Positions 10,314-19,652 are shown, counted from the stretch's first letter. The stretch: DNA of 20,033 nucleotides from Escherichia coli (GCF_003334315.1 NZ_QOWR01000069.1); one strand, 5' to 3'. Notes: generated from the letters alone by a model not told the origin. Program-made: numbers and translations.

Positions 10314-10556
10314 ATAGAGCGAGGACGCTAACAGGAACAATGACTCAGGATGAGGGTCAGGAGCGCCAGGAGGCGAAGACAGAGGATTGTCAGGAAGACA
10401 AACGTCCGGAGACGTAATTAAACGGAAATGGAATCAACACGGATTGTTCTGGCTAATGGAAAAACAGGGTGTGTTGGCGGCCTGCAAGGATTGTAAGACC
10501 CGTTAAGGGTTATGAGTCAGGAAAAAAGGCGACAGATTACTCTGTCGCCTTTTTTC
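10314..10556 (+). ncRNA. csrC: CsrC, CsrA-sequestering sRNA
   Basis: About 243 nt with 14 GGA triplets, mostly as AGGA/CAGGA, far above chance; -10-like taaagt at 10301-10306; ends in terminator aaaaaaggcgacag...ctgtcgcctttttt; sits between engB and yihI. 5' end approximate. Confidence 0.85.
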
Positions 10557-10624
10557 TTTGCTTGCTTTCTGTTAGATTCCGCCGCAAATCTATACTGAAT
10601 AAAACGGCTAAAAGACGAACCATT

Positions 10625-11131
10625 ATGAAACCATCTTCACCATCACGCAGCAAAGGTCATGCAAAAGCGCGTCGCAAAACGCGCGAAGAGCTGAATCAGG
10701 AAGCTCGTGACCGCAAGCGTCAGAAAAAACGTCGTGGTCATGCGCCGGGCAGCCGCGCAGCGGGCGGTAACACCACGTCAGGCAGCAAAGGCCAGAACGC
10801 ACCAAAAGATCCACGTATTGGCAGTAAAACCCCTATTCCATTGGGCGTGACTGAAAAAGTCACCAAACAGCACAAACCGAAGAGTGAGAAACCTATGCTT
10901 TCACCGCAGGCGGAGTTGGAATTACTGGAAACGGATGAGCGTCTGGATGCGCTGCTGGAACGTCTGGAAGCAGGCGAAACCCTGAGTGCCGAAGAGCAAT
11001 CCTGGGTGGATGCTAAACTGGATCGTATTGATGAGTTGATGCAGAAACTCGGCCTCTCTTATGACGATGACGAAGAAGAGGAAGAAGACGAGAAGCAAGA
11101 AGACATGATGCGTCTGCTGCGGGGCAACTAA
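10625..11131 (+). CDS. yihI: Der GTPase-activating protein YihI
   Basis: Start at [18 protein letters not shown]...; highly basic N-terminus and acidic D/E-rich C-terminus. The ORF-track upstream extension from 10469 overlaps the CsrC terminator and is rejected. Confidence 0.9.
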   Translation: MKPSSPSRSKGHAKARRKTREELNQEARDRKRQKKRRGHAPGSRAAGGNTTSGSKGQNAPKDPRIGSKTPIPLGVTEKVTKQHKPKSEKPMLSPQAELELLETDERLDALLERLEAGETLSAEEQSWVDAKLDRIDELMQKLGLSYDDDEEEEEDEKQEDMMRLLRGN

Positions 11132-11143
11132 CGGATTGCCGCC

Positions 11144-11317
11144 ATGGGCCTTCCCGTTCTGCTGATAACCCTTCCGGTTATATGTTATCTGGTGTGGTTA
11201 TTCGTTAAACTACAGCGGTTGTCGCGGCGACAAAAGTGGCTGCGCAACCGGCTGATGACCCGAAACGGGCATCCGCCGGTACGCCGTAGCCGCCAGAGAC
11301 GCCATCGGAAGGAGTGA
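11144..11317 (+). CDS. Candidate 57-aa small membrane protein ORF (hypothetical): MGLPVLLITLPVICYLVWLFVKLQRLSRRQKWLRNRLMTRNGHPPVRRSRQRRHRKE
   Basis: Hand translation of the yihI-hemN intergenic region. Hydrophobic N-terminal helix plus Arg/Lys-rich tail; TGA stop (11315-11317) overlaps the hemN SD. Weak SD of its own; below the ORF-track size cutoff. Confidence 0.3.
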   Translation: MGLPVLLITLPVICYLVWLFVKLQRLSRRQKWLRNRLMTRNGHPPVRRSRQRRHRKE

Positions 11318-11319
11318 GC

Positions 11320-12693
11320 ATGTCTGTACAGCAAATCGACTGGGATCTGGCCCTGATCCAGAAATATAACTATTCCGGGCCACGATACACCTCGTACCCG
11401 ACCGCGCTGGAGTTTTCAGAAGACTTCGGCGAACAGGCGTTTTTACAAGCCGTGGCGCGCTATCCTGAGCGTCCATTATCTCTCTACGTACATATCCCGT
11501 TCTGCCATAAGCTTTGTTACTTCTGCGGTTGCAATAAGATTGTTACTCGCCAGCAGCACAAGGCCGATCAGTATCTGGACGCGCTGGAGCAAGAAATCGT
11601 CCATCGTGCACCGCTGTTCGCCGGGCGTCACGTCAGCCAATTGCACTGGGGCGGCGGAACGCCGACGTATCTGAATAAAGCGCAAATCAGCCGCCTGATG
11701 AAGCTGCTGCGCGAAAACTTCCAGTTCAATGCCGATGCGGAGATTTCGATCGAAGTCGATCCGCGGGAAATCGAACTGGATGTACTCGATCATTTACGCG
11801 CCGAAGGCTTTAATCGCCTGAGCATGGGCGTGCAGGACTTCAACAAAGAAGTGCAACGTCTGGTTAACCGCGAGCAGGATGAAGAGTTCATCTTTGCACT
11901 GCTTAACCATGCGCGTGAGATTGGTTTTACCTCCACCAACATCGACCTGATTTACGGCCTGCCGAAACAGACGCCGGAGAGTTTCGCCTTTACCCTGAAA
12001 CGTGTGGCGGAGCTGAACCCCGATCGTCTGAGTGTCTTTAACTACGCGCATCTGCCGACCATTTTTGCTGCTCAGCGCAAAATCAAAGATGCTGACCTGC
12101 CGAGTCCGCAGCAAAAACTCGATATCCTGCAGGAAACCATCGCCTTCCTGACGCAATCGGGCTATCAGTTTATCGGTATGGATCACTTTGCCCGTCCGGA
12201 TGACGAGCTGGCGGTGGCCCAGCGTGAAGGCGTGCTGCATCGTAACTTCCAGGGCTACACCACTCAGGGCGATACCGATCTGCTGGGGATGGGCGTTTCC
12301 GCCATCAGCATGATTGGCGACTGCTACGCGCAGAACCAGAAAGAGTTGAAGCAGTACTATCAGCAAGTGGATGAACAAGGCAATGCGCTGTGGCGTGGTA
12401 TTGCGCTAACGCGTGATGACTGTATTCGCCGCGATGTGATTAAGTCGCTCATCTGCAACTTCCGTCTGGATTACGCCCCTATTGAGAAACAGTGGGATTT
12501 GCACTTCGCTGATTACTTTGCGGAAGATCTCAAGCTGCTCGCCCCGTTAGCAAAAGATGGGCTGGTGGATGTGGATGAGAAGGGAATACAGGTGACGGCG
12601 AAAGGTCGCTTGCTGATCCGCAACATTTGCATGTGCTTTGATACCTATCTGCGCCAGAAAGCGCGGATGCAGCAGTTCTCTCGGGTGATTTAA
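11320..12693 (+). CDS. hemN: Oxygen-independent coproporphyrinogen III oxidase HemN (radical SAM)
   Basis: Radical-SAM CxxxCxxC motif (CHKLCYFC); start taken at ATG 11320 (MSVQQIDW..., 457 aa) rather than the ORF-track GTG at 11314. Confidence 0.95.
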   Translation: MSVQQIDWDLALIQKYNYSGPRYTSYPTALEFSEDFGEQAFLQAVARYPERPLSLYVHIPFCHKLCYFCGCNKIVTRQQHKADQYLDALEQEIVHRAPLFAGRHVSQLHWGGGTPTYLNKAQISRLMKLLRENFQFNADAEISIEVDPREIELDVLDHLRAEGFNRLSMGVQDFNKEVQRLVNREQDEEFIFALLNHAREIGFTSTNIDLIYGLPKQTPESFAFTLKRVAELNPDRLSVFNYAHLPTIFAAQRKIKDADLPSPQQKLDILQETIAFLTQSGYQFIGMDHFARPDDELAVAQREGVLHRNFQGYTTQGDTDLLGMGVSAISMIGDCYAQNQKELKQYYQQVDEQGNALWRGIALTRDDCIRRDVIKSLICNFRLDYAPIEKQWDLHFADYFAEDLKLLAPLAKDGLVDVDEKGIQVTAKGRLLIRNICMCFDTYLRQKARMQQFSRVI

Positions 12694-12700
12694 ATAGTGA

Positions 12701-12739
12701 ATGGCGCTTCGTTTACAAAGTAGAAAACGAAAGCGCCAT
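12701..12739. terminator. Imperfect hairpin just after the hemN stop, putative terminator
   Basis: Inverted repeat atggcgcttcgttt / aaacgaaagcgccat flanking a 10-nt loop; no strong T-run on the + strand, so efficiency is uncertain. Confidence 0.4.
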
Positions 12740-12760
12740 CAATGTGCTGAGAACAAGATT

Positions 12761-12797
12761 GCCTGATGCGGCGCTGGTCGCGTCTTATCAGGCCTAC
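12761..12797. repeat. REP element
   Basis: gcctgatgcggcgctggtcgcgtcttatcaggcctac, a classic REP palindrome shape. Confidence 0.7.
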
Positions 12798-12830
12798 GAC
12801 TTTCTCCGCATCCGGCATAAACAACGAGCT

Positions 12831-12941
12831 TCAGCTAAACAGCCCAATCATCGCGGCACACAGCACGGCAGCAACGGCAGTTTGCGGTGTGTGGCTGTCA
12901 ACTGCGCCACTCGATACCAGATTAATTATTGATTCCAGCAT
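12831..12941 (-). CDS. yshB: 36-aa small protein (MLESIINLVSSGAVDSHTPQTAVAAVLCAAMIGLFS), YshB-like
   Basis: Hand translation of the minus strand; GGGGAGAG SD 5 nt upstream of the ATG; length and position between hemN and glnG match what I recall for yshB. Below the ORF-track cutoff. Confidence 0.6.
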   Translation of the reverse strand: MLESIINLVSSGAVDSHTPQTAVAAVLCAAMIGLFS

Positions 12942-12994
12942 AATGACTCTCCCCGTTTTCCGGGCAAGATCATACTGAACTTATCGGAACAGTA

Positions 12995-13021
12995 AAGCGC
13001 AAAATACCAGCAATTTGCGCT
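12995..13021 (-). terminator. Putative terminator downstream of glnG
   Basis: Inverted repeat aagcgcaaa / tttgcgct with about 10-nt loop, 32 bp downstream of the glnG stop; followed on the minus strand by a short T-rich stretch. Confidence 0.35.
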
Positions 13022-13052
13022 CAATAATCAATCTTTACACACAAGCCGTGAA

Positions 13053-14462
13053 TCACTCCATCCCCAGCTCTTTTAACTTACGCGTCAGAGTGTTGCGGCC
13101 CCAGCCGAGTAGCCGCGCCGCTTCCTGTTTATGCCCCTGCGTATGTCGCAACGCGGTCGTCAGTAACGTCCGCTCCAGCTCTGGCTGCGCTTCGGAAAGC
13201 AGATTTTGATGACCGGAACGTAGCGCTCTGTCTGCCCACTGCGCAAGAAGCGTCGCCCAACTGTCCGGTTGCATTTGCGAAGTACTCTCCGCAACCGTTG
13301 ATTCAAACAGTTCGCCAGGCAAATCCTGAATCAACACTTCCTGTCCGGCAGCCATTACCGTTAGCCAGCGGCAGGTGTTTTCCAGCTGGCGCACGTTGCC
13401 TGGCCACGCCAGACGCGTCAACGCGGCTTCGGTTTCCGGATGCAGCAACTTCGCTTCTACGCCCAGTTCTCGCGCGGCAACCTGTAAAAAATGGCGCGCC
13501 AGGCGGGGAATATCTTCCCGACGCTCACGCAGCGGCGGCAGATGAACGCGGATAACGTTCAGGCGGTGGAACAGATCCTCACGGAACTTACCTTCCTGCA
13601 CCCGCTGTTCGAGATTCTGGTGAGTGGCAGCGATAATCCGCACATCCACTTTCACCGGCGCATAGCCGCCAACGCGGTAAAACTGGCCGTCTGCCAGCAC
13701 GCGCAGCAAACGCGTCTGCACATCCAGCGGCATATCGCCAATTTCATCGAGAAATAATGTACCGCCATCAGCCTGTTCAAAACGCCCCTGACGAATGGTA
13801 TTCGCGCCGGTAAACGCGCCTTTCTCGTGACCAAACAGTTCTGATTCGATCAAATCCTTCGGGATAGCCGCCATATTCAGAGCGATAAATGGCGCTTTGG
13901 CTCGCGGACTGTGGCGATGCAGGGCATGAGCGACCAGTTCTTTACCGGTGCCGGATTCGCCGTTAATCAGCACGCTAATAGAAGAACGCGAAAGCCGACC
14001 GATAATACGGAACACGTCCTGCATGGCTGGCGCTTCGCCGATGATATCGGTCGTTGGGCCGTTAAGCTGAACATTACGCGGCTGCTGCTGTTCCTGGTAA
14101 TGACTGATGGCGCGCTCAACCAGCGCCACGGCTTCGTCGATATCAAACGGTTTGGGCAGATAATCAAACGCCCCTTGTTGATAGGCGCTGACGGCAGCAT
14201 CCAGATCGGAATGTGCGGTCATAATGATGACCGGAAGCATCGGATGGCGCTGTTTAATCTGCTTGAGCAGCGCCAGCCCGTCCATTCCCGGCATACGGAT
14301 ATCTGAAAGCAGCACATCCGGCGTTTTGCTCGCCAGCGCCTCCAGTACCTCCGCGCCGTTCTCAAATGTCGTACAGGTTAAACCCGCTCCAGCGAGCGCA
14401 CGTTCAAGCACCCAACGGATGGAACTATCGTCATCGACTACCCAGACTATCCCTCGTTGCAT
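13053..14462 (-). CDS. glnG: Nitrogen regulation response regulator NtrC (sigma54-dependent bacterial enhancer-binding protein)
   Basis: Start at [12 protein letters not shown] (469 aa), not the ORF-track upstream Met; receiver domain with the phospho-acceptor Asp in [15 protein letters not shown]+ Walker [15 protein letters not shown] sigma54-contact motif, C-terminal HTH. Confidence 0.97.
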   Translation of the reverse strand: MQRGIVWVVDDDSSIRWVLERALAGAGLTCTTFENGAEVLEALASKTPDVLLSDIRMPGMDGLALLKQIKQRHPMLPVIIMTAHSDLDAAVSAYQQGAFDYLPKPFDIDEAVALVERAISHYQEQQQPRNVQLNGPTTDIIGEAPAMQDVFRIIGRLSRSSISVLINGESGTGKELVAHALHRHSPRAKAPFIALNMAAIPKDLIESELFGHEKGAFTGANTIRQGRFEQADGGTLFLDEIGDMPLDVQTRLLRVLADGQFYRVGGYAPVKVDVRIIAATHQNLEQRVQEGKFREDLFHRLNVIRVHLPPLRERREDIPRLARHFLQVAARELGVEAKLLHPETEAALTRLAWPGNVRQLENTCRWLTVMAAGQEVLIQDLPGELFESTVAESTSQMQPDSWATLLAQWADRALRSGHQNLLSEAQPELERTLLTTALRHTQGHKQEAARLLGWGRNTLTRKLKELGME

Positions 14463-14473
14463 AAACGTCACCT

Positions 14474-15523
14474 TTATTTCCTGATAGGCAGGTAAACCGA
14501 GAACTCGGTATGCCCTGGCCAACTGGTAAATTCAATTTTGCCTGAATGCTGATCAATCAAATTACGAGCGATGGATAAGCCAAGCCCGGTGCCACCTTCG
14601 CGGCCGCTGACCATCGGGTAAAACAGCGTATCCTGCAAATGAGGCGGAATGCCTGGCCCGTTATCTTCCACATCAATCCGCGCCGCCAGCCGGTAGCGTT
14701 CGCCGTGTAAGGTCAGTTGAAACGCGGTGCGGGTACGCAGAATGATTTCACCGCCTTCCGGCCCCAGCGCCTGTAGCGCATTGCGCACAATATTCAGCAA
14801 GACCTGTTCAATTTGATCCGGGTCGTGCGCCAGTTCTGGCAGGCTGGGGTCGTAATCACGAATCAACCGCACGTTGTCCGGCAGTTCCATCGACACCAGC
14901 GTTACCACGCGTTCAGCCACTTTGTGAATACTTTCGGTAACGCGCGTACCGGGCAGCTGCGGCCCCAACAGACGGTCGACCAGATTTCGCAGCCGGTCCG
15001 CCTGTTCGATAATCACTTTGGTATATTCGAGTAGTGATGGGTCAGGTAACGCTTTGCTGAGCAGCTGCGCCGCGCCACGTAAACCGCCAAGCGGATTTTT
15101 AATCTCATGTGCCAGGCCGCGCACTAAATCACGGGCAGCAACCTGCTGGGCGTGCTGTAGCTGTTCCTGACTTAAGCGGCGCTGGTTATCCATCGGAGCC
15201 ATCTCCAGCAGGATCATGCCGTCCGGCATACGCTGGGCCGTCACAGAAAGGATATGCGAGCGCCCGTCGATGACCAGCGTCACTTCGTTATCGGTAAAAC
15301 CTTGCCCCGCCTCCAGACTTTCTTGCATCAGCTCGATATTTAATGAGAAGTAGCTCAACAGTTCCGGTAACGGTGTACCAAACAATTTGCGGGAGCTTTG
15401 GGCGAGCAGTTGTTGCGCGGCGGGGTTGGCGTAATGGATCGCCAGGTTGTCATCGATTAACAAAATACTGTTAATCAGCGAGTTGAGGATCTGCCCAGCA
15501 TCGGGCTGCGTGCCTGTTGCCAT
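14474..15523 (-). CDS. glnL: Nitrogen regulation sensor histidine kinase NtrB
   Basis: 349 aa; H-box HEIKNPLGG and G-box-type ATP-binding motifs (GTGLGLS); 11-bp gap to glnG. Confidence 0.97.
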
Positions 15524-15544
15524 AAAGCAGTCTCCTGAACAGGT

Positions 15545-15561
15545 TGCACCATTTTAGTGCA
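15545..15561. promoter_or_regulatory. NtrC binding site at the glnL promoter
   Basis: Dyad tgcacc-attt-tagtgca fits the NtrC consensus TGCACC-N5-GGTGCA; located about 20 bp upstream of the glnL start. Confidence 0.6.
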
Positions 15562-15610
15562 TTATAGCTTTTTACGGATAAAAAGCGCGAAGCATCAGAG
15601 AATTGACGGA

Positions 15611-15637
15611 GAAAAAAGCCCATGCAGAGATGGGCTA
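15611..15637 (-). terminator. Rho-independent terminator of glnA
   Basis: On the minus strand: hairpin agcccatctctgcatgggct followed by a T-run (6 T; plus-strand aaaaaa at 15612-15617). Confidence 0.7.
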
Positions 15638-15680
15638 CAGATAGCTGACAAACTTCACGTTGGAGAGCGACTCACCTGCT

Positions 15681-15739
15681 CCGGCCTACCACATCATCAC
15701 CGTGTAGGCCGGATAAGACGCATTTGCGTCGCATCCGGC
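15681..15739. repeat. REP element inside the glnA 3' UTR
   Basis: ccggcctac...gtaggccggataagacgcatttgcgtcgcatccggc: paired REP-type palindromes. Confidence 0.7.
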
Positions 15740-15808
15740 GTGATGTGCTTGCCACCGATCCCAGGCCTGCCAGAGACAGGCGAAAAGTTTCCACGGCAAC
15801 TAAAACAC

Positions 15809-17218
15809 TTAGACGCTGTAGTACAGCTCAAACTCTACCGGATGCGGAGTCATACGCACGCGGTCATCTTCTTCGCGACGCAGTGCGATGTACGCATCAA
15901 TTGCTTCGTCAGTGAACACGCCACCGGCTTTCAGGAACTCGCGGTCCAGATCCAGTTCGTTCAGTGCTTCTTCCAGAGAGCCTGCAACCTGTGGGATCTC
16001 TTTCGCTTCTTCTGGCGGCAGGTCATACAGGTTTTTGTCCATGGCTTCGCCCGGATGGATCTTGTTCTTGATACCATCAAGACCGGCCATCAGCAGGGCA
16101 GCAAAGCACAGGTACGGGTTAGCTGCCGGATCCGGGAAACGTACTTCGATACGACGTGCTTTCGGAGAAGAAACCACCGGAATACGGATAGACGCAGAAC
16201 GGTTACGCGCAGAGTAAGCCAGCATTACCGGTGCTTCATAGCCCGGGACCAGACGCTTATAAGAGTTGGTGGTCGGGTTTGCCAGGGCGTTAATCGCTTT
16301 AGCGTGTTTGATTACGCCGCCAATGTAGTACAGCGCCTGCTCAGACAGACCTGCGTATTTGTCGCCTGCGAACAGGTTAACGCCGTTTTTAGACAGAGAC
16401 ATGTGGCAGTGCATACCGGAGCCGTTATCACCGAACATCGGTTTTGGCATAAAGGTCGCGGTTTTACCGAAGCGGTGCGCTACGTTGTGCACAACATATT
16501 TGTAGATCTGAATTTCGTCAGCTTTTTTGGTCATGGTATTGAAGCGGGTAGCCACTTCGTTCTGACCAGCAGTCGCTACTTCGTGGTGATGGGCTTCAAC
16601 CACCAGGCCCATCTGTTCCATCACCAGACACATTTCAGAACGAATATCCTGAGCAGAGTCTACCGGCGGAACCGGGAAGTAACCGCCTTTCACTGCCGGA
16701 CGGTGACCTTTGTTACCACCTTCATATTGGGTGGAGGAGTTCCATGCGCCTTCGATATCGTCGATAGCAACGTGAGAACCGGAGATAGATGATCCGAAAC
16801 GGATGTCATCGAACAGGAAGAATTCAGGTTCTGGCCCGAACAGTACGGTGTCGGCAATGCCAGTGGAACGCAGGTAATCTTCGGCGCGCTTCGCAATGGA
16901 GCGCGGGTCACGGTCATAGCCTTGCAGGGTGCCAGGTTCAAGGATGTCGCAACGGATAATCAGGGTGGAGTCGGCGAAGAACGGGTCAATCACTGCGGTG
17001 GATGCGTCTGGCATCAGCACCATGTCGGACTCGTTAATGCCTTTCCAGCCGCCAATCGAGGAGCCGTCAAACATTTTGCCTTCTTCGAAGAATTCAGCAT
17101 TCACCTGATGAGCAGGGATAGTGACGTGCTGTTCTTTACCTTTAGTATCGGTGAAGCGCAAATCAACAAACTTCACTTCGTGCTCGTTCAGCATCGTCAG
17201 TACGTGTTCAGCGGACAT
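15809..17218 (-). CDS. glnA: Glutamine synthetase (type I)
   Basis: 469 aa; adenylylation-site Tyr in NLYDLPPEE; characteristic GS catalytic regions. Confidence 0.98.
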
Positions 17219-17301
17219 ACTTTAACTCTCCTGGATTGGTCATGGTCGTCGTGGTAACGAAATCTGCAATTATTTTGGCCGTGTCGCCGTAAAAAAGATA
17301 A

Positions 17302-17317
17302 AGCGAAATCTGTGCCA
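17302..17317 (-). promoter_or_regulatory. Sigma54 promoter glnAp2 (-24/-12 elements)
   Basis: Minus strand reads TTGGCACagattTCGCT, matching the TGGCAC-N5-TTGCA sigma54 consensus; about 85 bp upstream of the glnA ATG. Confidence 0.75.
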
Positions 17318-17350
17318 ACTTTTAAATTGCCCCTAAAAGGCGTTATCATG

Positions 17351-17439
17351 CGCACCATCGTGCAAAAGGGCTGCACCACGATGTGAATGTTGCACCAATA
17401 TAGTGCTTCAATGGAAACATTAAGCACCATGTTGGTGCA
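17351..17439 (-). promoter_or_regulatory. Cluster of NtrC enhancer binding sites upstream of glnAp2
   Basis: Repeated TGCACC/GGTGCA half-sites: tgcaccaatatagtgct (17391-17407), agcaccatgttggtgca (17423-17439), weaker copies at 17351-17388. Confidence 0.65.
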
Positions 17440-17590
17440 ATGACCTTTGGATAACCCTTTTTATGCTCCGTGAAAGCGATCACAAAGGGACTCTGCAATA
17501 CTTGTTTGCGGAGGATGTTTGTGATCCTGTTTTGTAGTGCGATTAATCCGTGTACAATAACGCGCTATTTCTAATGCCTGAGGCAAAGTT

Positions 17591-19414
17591 GTGATCGAAA
17601 AATTGCGTAATATCGCCATCATCGCGCACGTAGACCATGGTAAAACCACCCTGGTAGACAAGCTGCTCCAACAATCCGGTACGTTCGACTCTCGTGCCGA
17701 AACCCAAGAGCGCGTGATGGACTCCAACGATTTGGAGAAAGAGCGTGGGATTACCATCCTCGCGAAAAACACCGCTATCAAATGGAATGATTACCGTATC
17801 AACATCGTTGATACCCCGGGGCACGCCGACTTCGGTGGTGAAGTTGAACGTGTAATGTCCATGGTAGACTCAGTGCTGCTGGTGGTTGACGCATTTGACG
17901 GCCCGATGCCGCAAACGCGCTTCGTAACCAAAAAAGCGTTTGCTTACGGCCTGAAGCCGATTGTTGTTATCAACAAAGTTGACCGCCCTGGCGCGCGTCC
18001 TGATTGGGTTGTGGATCAGGTATTCGATCTGTTCGTTAACCTCGACGCGACCGACGAGCAGCTGGACTTCCCGATCGTTTACGCTTCTGCGCTGAACGGT
18101 ATCGCGGGTCTGGACCACGAAGATATGGCGGAAGACATGACCCCGCTGTATCAGGCGATTGTTGATCACGTTCCTGCGCCGGACGTTGACCTTGACGGTC
18201 CGTTCCAGATGCAGATTTCTCAGCTCGATTACAACAGCTATGTTGGCGTTATCGGCATTGGCCGCATCAAGCGCGGTAAAGTGAAGCCGAACCAACAGGT
18301 CACTATCATCGATAGCGAAGGCAAAACCCGCAACGCGAAAGTCGGTAAAGTGCTGGGCCACCTCGGTCTGGAACGTATCGAAACCGATCTGGCGGAAGCT
18401 GGCGATATCGTGGCGATCACGGGCCTTGGCGAACTGAACATTTCTGACACCGTTTGCGACACGCAAAACGTTGAAGCGCTGCCGGCACTCTCCGTTGATG
18501 AGCCGACCGTTTCTATGTTCTTCTGCGTTAACACCTCGCCGTTCTGCGGTAAAGAAGGTAAGTTCGTAACGTCTCGTCAGATCCTGGATCGTCTGAACAA
18601 AGAACTGGTACACAACGTTGCGCTGCGCGTAGAAGAAACCGAAGACGCCGATGCGTTCCGCGTTTCTGGTCGTGGCGAACTGCACCTGTCTGTTCTGATC
18701 GAAAACATGCGTCGTGAAGGTTTCGAACTGGCGGTATCCCGTCCGAAAGTTATCTTCCGTGAAATCGACGGTCGTAAACAAGAGCCGTATGAAAACGTGA
18801 CGCTGGACGTTGAAGAACAGCATCAGGGTTCTGTAATGCAGGCGCTGGGCGAACGTAAAGGCGACCTGAAAAACATGAATCCAGACGGTAAAGGCCGCGT
18901 ACGTCTCGACTACGTGATCCCAAGCCGTGGTCTGATTGGCTTCCGTTCTGAGTTCATGACCATGACTTCCGGTACTGGTCTGCTGTACTCCACCTTCAGC
19001 CACTACGACGACGTACGTCCGGGTGAAGTGGGTCAGCGTCAGAACGGCGTACTGATCTCTAACGGTCAGGGTAAAGCGGTCGCGTTCGCGCTGTTCGGTC
19101 TGCAGGATCGCGGTAAGCTGTTCCTCGGTCACGGTGCAGAAGTTTACGAAGGTCAGATTATCGGTATTCATAGCCGCTCTAACGACCTGACTGTAAACTG
19201 CCTGACCGGTAAGAAACTGACCAACATGCGTGCTTCCGGTACTGACGAAGCCGTTGTTCTGGTTCCGCCTATCCGCATGACTCTGGAACAAGCTCTGGAG
19301 TTCATCGATGATGACGAACTGGTAGAAGTGACCCCGACCTCTATCCGTATTCGTAAACGTCACCTGACGGAAAACGATCGTCGTCGCGCCAACCGCGCAC
19401 CGAAAGACGATTAA
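17591..19414 (+). CDS. typA: Ribosome-associated translational GTPase BipA/TypA
   Basis: 607 aa, GTG start with GAGG SD; G-domain motifs [18 protein letters not shown]; EF-G-like domain architecture. Confidence 0.97.
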   Translation: MIEKLRNIAIIAHVDHGKTTLVDKLLQQSGTFDSRAETQERVMDSNDLEKERGITILAKNTAIKWNDYRINIVDTPGHADFGGEVERVMSMVDSVLLVVDAFDGPMPQTRFVTKKAFAYGLKPIVVINKVDRPGARPDWVVDQVFDLFVNLDATDEQLDFPIVYASALNGIAGLDHEDMAEDMTPLYQAIVDHVPAPDVDLDGPFQMQISQLDYNSYVGVIGIGRIKRGKVKPNQQVTIIDSEGKTRNAKVGKVLGHLGLERIETDLAEAGDIVAITGLGELNISDTVCDTQNVEALPALSVDEPTVSMFFCVNTSPFCGKEGKFVTSRQILDRLNKELVHNVALRVEETEDADAFRVSGRGELHLSVLIENMRREGFELAVSRPKVIFREIDGRKQEPYENVTLDVEEQHQGSVMQALGERKGDLKNMNPDGKGRVRLDYVIPSRGLIGFRSEFMTMTSGTGLLYSTFSHYDDVRPGEVGQRQNGVLISNGQGKAVAFALFGLQDRGKLFLGHGAEVYEGQIIGIHSRSNDLTVNCLTGKKLTNMRASGTDEAVVLVPPIRMTLEQALEFIDDDELVEVTPTSIRIRKRHLTENDRRRANRAPKDD

Positions 19415-19431
19415 TTTCGTTTTTTAGTCAT

Positions 19432-19464
19432 AAAAAACCTGCCAGCGATGGCAGGTTTTTTTTT
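19432..19464 (+). terminator. Rho-independent terminator of typA
   Basis: A-run, stem cctgcca / tggcagg with 4-nt loop, then nine T. Confidence 0.85.
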
Positions 19465-19630
19465 GCCTGTCGTGAGCACTCAGCAATGCGAGTATCTCCC
19501 TTATAAGTCTGTGGTTACGTCAATAGAGAGCTTTGTCACAATTATCTGCAAAGTCATACGCCGTTAATTGCTTTCTTTTTTGGCGTAAGCGTAAGATGCC
19601 TCATCTGGTTTAAACCAAAAGGATTAAACA

Positions 19631-19652
19631 ATGGCGGAGAATCAATCCACCG
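19631..19652 (+). pseudogene. 5' stub (7 codons, MAENQST) of the gene downstream of typA, interrupted by IS1; possibly the yihL equivalent
   Basis: ATG at 19631 preceded by AAGGA SD (7-nt spacer); reading frame runs straight into the IS1 left end. Host gene identity is from remembered gene order only. Confidence 0.35.

Larger units (their letters stand above)
15611..15808 (-). ncRNA. glnZ: glnA 3' UTR, candidate GlnZ-type 3'-UTR-derived sRNA
   Basis: About 200-nt 3' UTR between the glnA stop and its intrinsic terminator, containing a REP hairpin. Call rests on position only; I cannot verify the seed sequence from memory. Confidence 0.4.

Noticed and set aside
10469-10624. N-terminal 52-codon extension of the yihI ORF-track entry
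   Set aside because: The extension overlaps the CsrC 3' end and terminator; the conserved basic N-terminus begins at the Met at 10625.
11794-12378. 194-aa and 105-aa ORFs antisense to hemN
   Set aside because: They are embedded in the hemN coding region on the opposite strand, with no independent signals.
12766-12978. 70-aa + strand ORF between hemN and glnG
   Set aside because: It starts inside a REP element and overlaps the SD-supported 36-aa minus-strand ORF, so the minus-strand reading is preferred.
15557-16792. 411-aa ORF on the + strand antisense to glnA (also 15888-16217 and 16922-17257)
   Set aside because: It lies entirely opposite the well-supported glnA CDS, has a Cys/Arg/His-rich low-complexity translation and no SD. 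Long antisense ORFs are a known artefact opposite highly codon-biased genes.
17870-19363. 497-aa ORF antisense to typA
   Set aside because: Same reasoning: fully contained in the opposite strand of a strongly supported GTPase gene, with an Arg/Val/Phe-rich implausible translation.
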